Shown: positions 13,001 through 20,000 of the stretch, in pieces
Layout of the letters: each line of letters starts with the position of its first letter
Position numbering within the stretch: the stretch's first letter is position 1
Source of the DNA: Chromera velia
Lineage: Eukaryota
Direction: 5' to 3'
NCBI GenBank assembly: GCA_018398765.1
Contig: JAHBMJ010000310.1
Coordinates: 110,859-130,858, forward strand
Length of the DNA: 20,000 bases
Translations under genes and position numbers: made by a program
The notes under the pieces: generated by a model
Told to the model about the DNA's origin: nothing
The model's input: only the letters and a program-made list of their open reading frames with translations
Database searches by the model: none

Positions 13001-14360
13001 TCTTTTGGGACTCCTGCGGACCCCTCACGCTCTTTTCCTTCGTGTGTGCATTTGTGCAGAGTGCGATGCATGAGATACGTCAAAGGCAACAGTTTCGCGA
13101 AAGTCTTGCGAATCAAGTAAGCGTGCAGGGCAGGAGGGGGTGATGACCTTTTTTCCTTCTTCGGAATACGACACACAACTAGGAACGCCTTTCCATATTG
13201 AGCGGCATAGCAGCCTATGAATTCCTTCCCGCATTCCAATCATTCATTCTGTTTTTCCATTGTCTTTCGTTTCTCTCTGTCGTCTCCCATCTTGCCTGTA
13301 GGTTGGTCCGTCCGTCCGGTGTTTCTTCCTTTTGTCTGGTTGGCCTTCCCCTTTTCTTCCTGACGGCCCTCTCCTCTTCTCGAACTCTCTCTGTATGTAT
13401 GTGGATCTAGGTGAGAGAAATGGATCGCAGCTTAGCTCTGTGCTGTGCTAGGACGACACTTCCAGGGTGGATGTGCATGGATTTTTTGCTCCTCCGTTCC
13501 TGTGGATCTCTGAAGGGGGGGTCTCTTCTCTGATCTCCTTTCATTCGGCGTTCTTCATCTTTTTCGTGCTCTTCTTTTTCCCCCTCTCTCTGTCCAGGTA
13601 AAATGTCTGGAGAGAAAACTTCAAGAAATGCGGGCTGAAGAGGAGGAACGCCGGAAGGGGTCCGTCCGTTAGTCTACCTCCGCCCATCTGACTTTACTTT
13701 CTGTCGCTCTCTCTGTCTATACCTGCCTGCCTGTCCCTATTTTCTCACAAAGAGCCATTTCCTTGCAGGTCCTTATGCCTGTTAGCAGTCAGACATACGC
13801 ATGCACACGCAAACACGCACGGCACCCACACGCATACACACATATATGCACACGCGTTCTTTCCATCGGGTCGGGGTGTCAAATCCAACCAGAAGAGAGT
13901 GGGGGATTTTTGCTCTGATTGATGCCATCGACTGAAAAACGGAACCCCAGAAAAAGAAAGACAGAATGCTGAGTTTGAACCTCGGAGTGAGGGACCCGAA
14001 GCGGAAGGAAATGAAAAGAAACGAACCAGTCCAGATGGAAAGAATGTGGAAGTGCAAGAGTGTAAGTGTGCACTGGGGGGAGGGAAGGCCGCAGGGTGCG
14101 CTTAAGGCCTGGAGCTCCGGTACTCTTCCACTGAGAGAGCGCGCCAAAAAAAAAAGAAAAAAACAGAAGAGAATGAAAGAAGGGTCTCGTCTGTCTTGTC
14201 TGCCTGTCGGTCTGTCTGCCTGCCTGCCTGCCTGCCTGCCAGGAAAGAAAAGACGATATAGCCTGTCTGTCTGTCTTTCTGTCTGTTCTTTCTTTCTTTT
14301 TGTCTGGTATGTTCATGAAGAAAGGGAGGGAGAAGAGGAAGAAACATATAGTCTGTGTGT

Positions 14361-14399
<39 letters not shown>

Positions 14400-14671
14400 C
14401 GCACCTGTGTACCTGCCTTCTGCCTGTGCGTCTGCGCATTTGTCTGTGTGTGCACCTCCTTCTGATGTACCCGTGCTTCGCAGTAGCCACTCTCTGTCAA
14501 CATTAGCCGGGCGTGGGGTAGAAAGAAGAGAGATCGTGTAATGCGGCGTTGTCGACATGCATGCAGTCGGCAGGCAGGGGCCTCTTGCTCTCTGTTGTTT
14601 CGTCTCGCGCCTCCCTGCAAAGATGTGTCGGCCCTCTTGGTCCCCACCTGAGTGAGCGAGGGTCCCTCTTA

Positions 14672-14713
<42 letters not shown>

Positions 14714-15976
14714 TGTGCAGTTTCATTCAAACCTCCGGAGTCCATCTTCCTCTGGAGCTTGATCTAGGTCGGTAGAAGGAAATGAGGAAGGAAACATGCA
14801 GTAACGATGATCCAGGTTGATCCCCCCGTTCCCTTGTGTGCCATCGTTGCTGCGTGTTTCTGGTTGGGGCTTATTCCTTGCTCAGCTCGATGAGTGTATC
14901 TTTCTTGTGGACATTCCAGCGGAAGGGAAGTTTGGTTGCAGTCAATGACGCGGGAATCTCAAGTGGACGGGTGGGTGGGTGGGTAAGTGGGACGATGCAA
15001 GGGAGTGATCGAGTAAGGGTGTCATTTTTCTTTCTGTCAATCAATCGAGCGTCCTTCCTTCCTGTTACCTGCAGGGCTGATGGGATTTGAACTCCCGAAG
15101 TTTGAGCTCCGCCTTCCGGTGGTTGACCCTCACATTCCGTTTTCGGCTGCATGGGGGAGGAGCGAACAAGAACAACAAGAGCGAGGAGGAGAAGAGGTGG
15201 ACAGGGAAGGGGAAGGCGAATGCCAACAACTTGAAGAAAAAAACGAAAGAGAAAGAGAAATTTGTTTCCTTGGAGAAAAGGGAAGGGCAGACGAGGGAGA
15301 CAGCAGCAGACAGACTGGTCGCGCCGACAGGTGAGCGTTGTTCTATTTCAAGCTGTCATGTTGTCGGTGTTTCCGTTTGTCCAAACCCATGCTTCTTAAA
15401 GACGGAACTTCCTCCCGTGTCTCTCGAATCGCCTCTTGGTCTGTCCGTTTGCTGGTGTGTCCGTCTGCATGTCTCTTTGTCTGCCAGCAGCGTCATGCAT
15501 GCGTTGTCTTTTGTCGATTCTTTTGACCAGATTCGTCGCTGTTTCTCGCTTGCTGTTGTTTTTGTCATCACCAACTTATTGATTTTTTCTCGTACGGCGT
15601 CGAAGGCTGCTGACTGACTTGGTTGTTTCTCACTGCGTGCCACATGATGCCCAGCAGAAAAATTTCTTGTGAGATTGCTCTTGGTTTCTCCGCTTCTTTG
15701 GCGGTCTGCTTCCGGCTCTCCGCGGTCGTTGAATTGCCTTCCCTTCTCTCCCTGAGTGCCTGTTTTCCTGGTTGCAGAGCTGAGGGGGACGCAGGGGGTG
15801 AAGAGGGCCCTCTCTCTCCTCTTTCATCTCTCTCTGTATTTGGGGAGGGGGCTGGAGTGGGTGCAGAGGTGAAAGACAGGGAGCTTGCAGAAGGAGAAGC
15901 TGAAAGGGCGGCAGGAGAGGACGCACAGGAGGCTGGGTCCGTCGAAGAGTCAGGAAGGACAGCCCAAGTCGGATAG
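4385..15976 (+). CDS. ATG11: ATG11/FIP200(RB1CC1)/ATG17-like autophagy scaffold, about 27 exons, about 1090 aa. Exons: 4385-4591, 4762-5022, 5249-5678, 5982-6029, 6262-6336, 6588-6679, 6988-7043, 7195-7308, 7535-7594, 7817-7899, 8057-8129, 8375-8504, 8962-9019, 9519-9569, 10061-10106, 10375-10413, 10470-10704, 10810-10866, 10992-11360, 11820-11873, 12149-12205, 12563-12613, 13060-13116, 13598-13659, 14721-14767, 15075-15330, 15778-15976 (or a donor after 15967)
   Basis: Manual splicing through GT-AG introns gives one stop-free frame of 3267 nt. Exons 22-26 read EDIAHLDHVPRIPAAFESAMHEIRQRQQFRESLANQVKCLERKLQEMRAEEEERRKGFIQTSGVHLPLELDLGLMGFELP, which fits the ATG17-like pattern (L..v..iP.aY...l.Ei.RR..F.......E...R..F....G..LP..l..GL). 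QRRAEAARALEINL resembles the upstream Q..a...a..NL motif. The start codon, the exon 8/9 junction and the 3' end are less certain. Family recognised from memory, not by search. Confidence 0.72.
6792..6891. repeat. Compound (CA)n-(GA)n intronic microsatellite
   Basis: Directly visible. Similar tracts at 9187-9235, 9382-9424, 9985-10025 and 14672-14717. Confidence 0.9.
14200..14400 (+). repeat. Dispersed intronic repeat (GTTCATGAAGAAAG..GGAGAAGA.GAAACATATAGTCTGT plus (CTGT)n/(CTGG)n)
   Basis: The same motif occurs in the same orientation at about 5139-5195 and several times in 19480-19790. Confidence 0.8.
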
Positions 15977-16129
15977 AGAGACCCCATGCCGGAGGAATGA
16001 CGATCACATTGACCGAAGGTCCGCACTCTGCCGTCTCGCCTGTAAACCTTGTCTGTAATGAGGGCGGCCCGCATTTATAAAAGATTTTAGGTATTCCAGG
16101 AGGATTAGCTAACAATCATGCGTTAGATC

Positions 16130-16688
16130 GTCACCGTGTGTCTTCACTAACACATTTTCTGAAGAGCACTCAAAGTAACTGAAAGTATGTATTGATACAC
16201 ACTGCAAGATCAGCTAGAATATCAGGCACCTTAGCCGCACCTAGCAAAAGTAAGCAAAAGTAATGAGGGGTAATGAGAGGCTTGCTTGTTTTAGCTGCTA
16301 GGTGTGATCTCTAAAGTTATTTTTACAATAAAGTCTGACCACGGACTTTAGACTTTAAAACTTCTTTGGTTTTCAAACTTTAAGAATAAAAAGCTTGAAT
16401 ACATTGATTGGATATTTAGGATTGTTTAGCCTTTAAAGCTGCCTTTTAAAACATTTTTCAATATATGACAAAAAACTTTTAAAGTACGTTTCAAAAGTTA
16501 TATTTTAGAGTCTGCAGACTCAAACTTTAAACTTTATTTTACTTTAATTAAAACTTTACAAATCATACCTAGTTTAGCTTGTTTAGGTAGTACAGGGCCC
16601 TTAATTTAATTTATAATTAAATCGTATGGAGTCATTAATCGTCACTAGTTATCACTAGTCTTAATGAGTTAGTATGAATTACAACTTA
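16130..16688. other. AT-rich, CpG-poor, TpA-rich non-coding segment
   Basis: No ORF of 60 aa or more. Only a handful of CG dinucleotides and many TTTAAA/TAG/CTA words, in strong contrast to the flanks. Confidence 0.85.
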
Positions 16689-17770
16689 CAAGTCTGTACA
16701 GCGCCCCCAGCTCAGCACTATACAGCACTGCTGAGCACTTGTTTGTGAAACGCCCGTCCCAATTAATTAATCAGAAGTCTGTATAGTACCCTCCACAGGC
16801 TCCACCTCGGCTCAGCATTTTTTTGTAAAACGCCTGTCCCGAATAATCAGAAGTCTGCACAGCATCCCCCACCTCAGCATTTTTTTCTGAAACGACGTCC
16901 CGATCAATTAATCAGAAGTTTGCATAGTGCCCTCCACCTAGCTCGGCACTTTTTTGTGAAATGCCGTTCCGATTAATCAGAAGTCTGTATGCACAGCACC
17001 CCCTACCTCGGCACTTTTTTCTGAAACACCGTCCCGATTAATCAGAAGTCTGCACAGCGCCCTCCAGCTCGGCACTTTTTTCTGAAACGCTATCCCGATT
17101 GATTAGAAGTCTGCACAGCGTAGCACAGCATCCCCTACCTCAGCATTTTTTTCTGAAACGCCGTCTCAATTAATCAGCTAGAAGTCTGCACAACACCCCC
17201 ACCTCGGCACTTTTTTCTGAAACACCGTACGTACGTCCCGATTAATCATGCAGCCAGAAGTCTGCACAGCGCCCCCACCTCGGTACTTTTTTCTGAAACG
17301 CCGTCCCGATTGATCGATCAGAAGTCTGCACAGCGCCCCCACCTCGGCATTTTCTTCTGAAACGCCGTCCCGATTGATCAGAAGTCTGCACAGCGCCCCC
17401 CACCTCGCGGCACTTTTTTCTGAAACGCCGTCCCGATTAAATCCGATTAATCAGCTAGAAGTCTGCACAGCGCCCCCCACCTCGGCACTTTTTTCTGAAA
17501 CGCCGTACGTACGTCCCGATTAATCATGCAGCCAGAAGTCTGCACAGCGCCCCCACCTCGGCACTTTTTTCTGAAACGCCGTCCCGATTGATCGATCAGA
17601 AGTCTGCACAGCGCCCCCCACCTCGGCACTTTTTTCTGAAACGCCGTCCCGATTAATCAGAAGTCTGTATGCACAGCGCCCCCTACCTCGGCACTTTTTT
17701 CTGAAACGCCGTCCCGATTGATCGATCAGAACTCTGCACTTTTTTCTGAAACGTACGCCCGTCCCGATTA
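16689..17770. repeat. Tandem minisatellite, 16 units of about 60 bp
   Basis: Consensus AGAAGTCTGCACAGCGCCCCCCACCTCGGCACTTTTTTCTGAAACGCCGTCCCGATTAATC. Unit starts at about 16689, 16773, 16849, 16914, 16979, 17044, 17105, 17180, 17256, 17320, 17380, 17457, 17534, 17598, 17659, 17728. No unique spacers. Confidence 0.97.
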
Positions 17771-17869
17771 ACCGTCACACGTCTCCGATATATGGCGTCC
17801 TTTATCGTCCTCTCCATTCCTCTCAAATGTGCTGCCACCAATTGTCACCACCTGTCACCATGCTGTCAC

Positions 17870-17887
17870 TAATACGACTCACTATTG
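17870..17887 (+). promoter_or_regulatory. Sequence identical to the phage T7 promoter core (TAATACGACTCACTATT followed by G); function unknown
   Basis: 16/17 match to the class III consensus TAATACGACTCACTATA and 17/17 to the class II phi2.5 promoter TAATACGACTCACTATT. Points towards the ATG at 18018. The match is certain; the confidence value refers to promoter function. Confidence 0.3.
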
Positions 17888-18017
17888 CTGTGACTGGAAC
17901 CATTTAGTTGTGTGTGTACTCTCTGTGGAGGTGTGTGTGCTCCTGATCGACTGATTGAGTCACCAACATAAATAACTTGACCCAGCAGACCTACCTGTTG
18001 AGTGGTCAGACTGAAGC

Positions 18018-19132
18018 ATGAACAGCGAGATCAGGCGACTTGGTCTGGATGCTTCCTACGCGGCAGCAGGCAATGAGGACCTCGTCCAGAATGCCCTCTG
18101 CCCTATCTGTCATGATTACATCGAAGATGCCAGAGAAACGGACTGTGCTGCACGACACGTGTTCTGCGGCCCCTGCATAAAAGATGTGTCAGACAGAAAC
18201 CAACCCTGTCCTTGTTGCAGGGGGCAGTTTTCCAAGACCGAGAGACCTCAAGGGCTCATGAGATCGTTCATCGAACAGGTGAAATGGAAGTGCTTGAATT
18301 TTGAAAACGGTTGTGCATTCACTGGCACGAAAAAGCAGTTGGAGAAGCACTTGGATGACGATTGTGCAGTTCAGGAGTTCAAATGTCCCTTTAGTGGCTG
18401 CCAGGAAAAAATGCGGCGAGGAGCTCTTGACGCTCACAAGAACACCTGTCCGTATCGGCTCCTCCCTTGTTTTTTCTGCCAGGCGCAAGTGCGTTTTAAC
18501 TGTATGACGGCCCACAGGGACCGTTGCCCCAAGTTCCCCATCCCTTGCCCGAAGATGTGCGGCCAGAATGTTCCCAGATGGCAGGTCTCTCAACACTTCG
18601 AGAGGGAGTGTGCGGAGCAAGTACTGGACTGTCGTGTTTCTGGATGTGGTGAGAGGGTAAAGAGGAAGTTGATGGATCAGCACGAGGACGACAACATGAA
18701 GAGGCACCTAAAGCTTGTGTACACTGAACTTGCCAAGCAGGAGCAGCAGAGGAAGTCACTACAGACTGAAATCGCCCAACTGAAGAGTCACTGGCACTTC
18801 GCTCAATTGCATTCTCCCTCTCTTACTGATGGTCCGTCGAGCACATTGACTTTTTGGTTTCAATGTTATTGGTACTTTTTGTGGCTCTCTTTTGTCCCTT
18901 GCTGTTGTCTCCAGTGTTGTATTGAACCTTCTTCCTTCCAGAATGACGTCTCTGCGCAGATCCGGTCTAGTCACTCTTAGCCCAGACGCACTTTAGGTTT
19001 CATTCCCGTTCCTCTCCTTCTGTTGCAGACTGTTTGGAGCTGACGGTGCGCCTTCCTGACTTTGAGACAAAGTCGGCTGGCATGGTGAGGGGTGAAGGCC
19101 AGTTTTTGCACAGCGTTAGGTTCCTCTTCCAG
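18018..19132 (+). CDS. TRAF-like RING E3 ubiquitin ligase (RING + about five SINA/TRAF zinc fingers + coiled coil + start of a MATH domain); exon 1 18018-18831, exon 2 19029-19132; 3' end unresolved or truncated
   Basis: C3HC4 RING CPIC..C...H.FC..C...CPCC. Fingers CLNFENGC..H....C, CPFSGC..HKNTC, CFFC..HRDRC, CPKMC..HFEREC, CRVSGC..H. Coiled coil ELAKQEQQRKSLQTEIAQLK. Donor GTCCGT at 18832 joins in phase to exon 2 (DCLELTVRLPDFETKSAGMVRGEGQFLHSVRFLFQ), which resembles the first MATH strands. The ORF-track tail to 18980 is probably intron read-through. Confidence 0.85.
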
Positions 19133-19429
19133 GTCAGTGGATAGTTGTCGTTTGAATTCAGGCTCTCCTGCCCTCCTTTTTTTGTCACCCTGTCTCGTTT
19201 GTGTTCCGATTCCTGAAGACTGTAGGCTGGATTTCCCGCTCTCCGAGATTTTGCTTCGGATGCATTCCCTGTGACAGGCGGCCCTCTCCTTCACGTCCAG
19301 GAAGAGGATTTTTTTTTCTGCTTTTTTTTTTCGTTTCTCCCCTGGACGTTATATTGTGCCTTTATTTGACTTTTTCTCTTGCCTGTAACTTCTCCCTCCA
19401 TTTTTGTCGGTGCTTGTCTACGTCCGACT

Positions 19430-19790
19430 CTCTATTTGTTTGTCTGTTTGTGTTTGTCTGTCTGTGTGCTTGCTTGTCTGTGCATGAAGAAAAGAAGGGA
19501 GAAGAAGAAACATACAGTCTGTCTGTTCTTTCTTTCTTTTTGTCTGTTATGTAGAAAAGAAGAGAGGACAAGAAACATAGTCAGTCTGTCTGTCTGTCTG
19601 TCTATCTGTCTGTCTGTTGTGTTCATGAAGAAAAGAAGGGAGAAGAAGAAACATATAGTCTGTCTGTCTGTCTGGAAAAAGTGAAGTGAAGAAAGGACGA
19701 TATAGTCTGTCTGTCTGTCTTTCTGTCTGTCTGTCTGTCTGTCTGTCAGTAGCGGAAGAGAAAAGGGAAAGAAAAGTCGATATAGTCTCC
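19430..19790 (+). repeat. Cluster of the same dispersed repeat (CATGAAGAAAAGAAGGGAGAAGAAGAAACATATAGTCTGTCTGTC; GACGATATAGTCTGTC)
   Basis: Copies at about 19483, 19550 (degenerate), 19621, 19690 and 19765; they match 14241-14365. Confidence 0.8.
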
Positions 19791-19880
19791 GTGTAGAGGC
19801 AAGGGGCTGTTAACTCTCTCCTTTCAGGCACCCTGCCCACCTTGTCTGGTCCGTCGTTTTGTTCTCTTGTCTTTCTTTTC

Positions 19881-19904
19881 CTTCTCTCTCTGTCTCTCTC
19901 TCTG

Positions 19905-19936
<32 letters not shown>

Positions 19937-19959
19937 CCCCTCCCTCTCTCTCTCTCTCT

Positions 19960-19998
<39 letters not shown>

Positions 19999-20000
19999 CC
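19881..20000. repeat. (CT)n microsatellite
   Basis: Directly visible. Confidence 0.95.

Larger units (their letters stand above)
16050..19150 (+). mobile_element. Putative inserted, probably non-autonomous or truncated element carrying the TRAF-like gene; boundaries approximate
   Basis: Abrupt change from microsatellite-rich intronic DNA to an AT-rich block, a tandem array and an intron-poor gene, then a return to host-type intronic repeats after about 19.4 kb. No transposase, TIR or TSD could be confirmed. Confidence 0.4.

Noticed and set aside
6702..14647. Many 60-270 aa ORFs rich in THTH, ERER, SLSL or CVCV
   Set aside because: Translations of intronic microsatellites or off-frame overlaps with short exons; no recognisable domains.
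16689..17770. CRISPR-like array
   Set aside because: Units repeat head-to-tail along their whole length with no unique spacers, there are no cas genes, and the context is eukaryotic.
18832..18980. Hydrophobic, Cys-rich C-terminus of the 320-aa ORF as a membrane anchor
   Set aside because: It begins at a GTCCGT donor, and an in-phase MATH-like exon follows at 19029, so it is most likely intron.
16060..19286. Possible TIR pair GAGGGCGGCC (16060) / GGCGGCCCTC (19277-19286)
   Set aside because: Only about 10 bp with a mismatch, no flanking TSD, and the right copy lies in a candidate exon.

Overview
Eukaryotic, intron- and microsatellite-rich DNA. The style (GTCCGT/GTCAGT/GTGCGT donors, TGCAG acceptors, long CA/GA/GAAG tracts) suggests an alveolate such as the chromerid Chromera; this is inference only. 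Three genes can be rebuilt by hand. (1) A 4-exon minus-strand Fpg/MutM DNA glycosylase of the plant/fungal zinc-finger-less type with a long charged tail (865-3376, about 496 aa). (2) A divergently transcribed plus-strand gene of about 27 exons (4385-15976, about 1090 aa), invisible to the ORF track, with the ATG17-like signature of ATG11/FIP200 autophagy scaffolds but no Claw domain in view. (3) A RING + TRAF zinc finger + coiled-coil gene whose MATH domain appears to break off (18018-19132). Gene 3 is the last part of a compositionally foreign block of about 3.1 kb (about 16050-19150). The block also holds an AT-rich CpG-poor stretch with a hairpin, 16 tandem copies of a ~60 bp unit that decay leftwards and carry recurrent palindromic micro-insertions, and an exact 17-nt T7 class II promoter match. 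It may be a cargo-carrying mobile element sitting in an intron of the ATG11-like gene.
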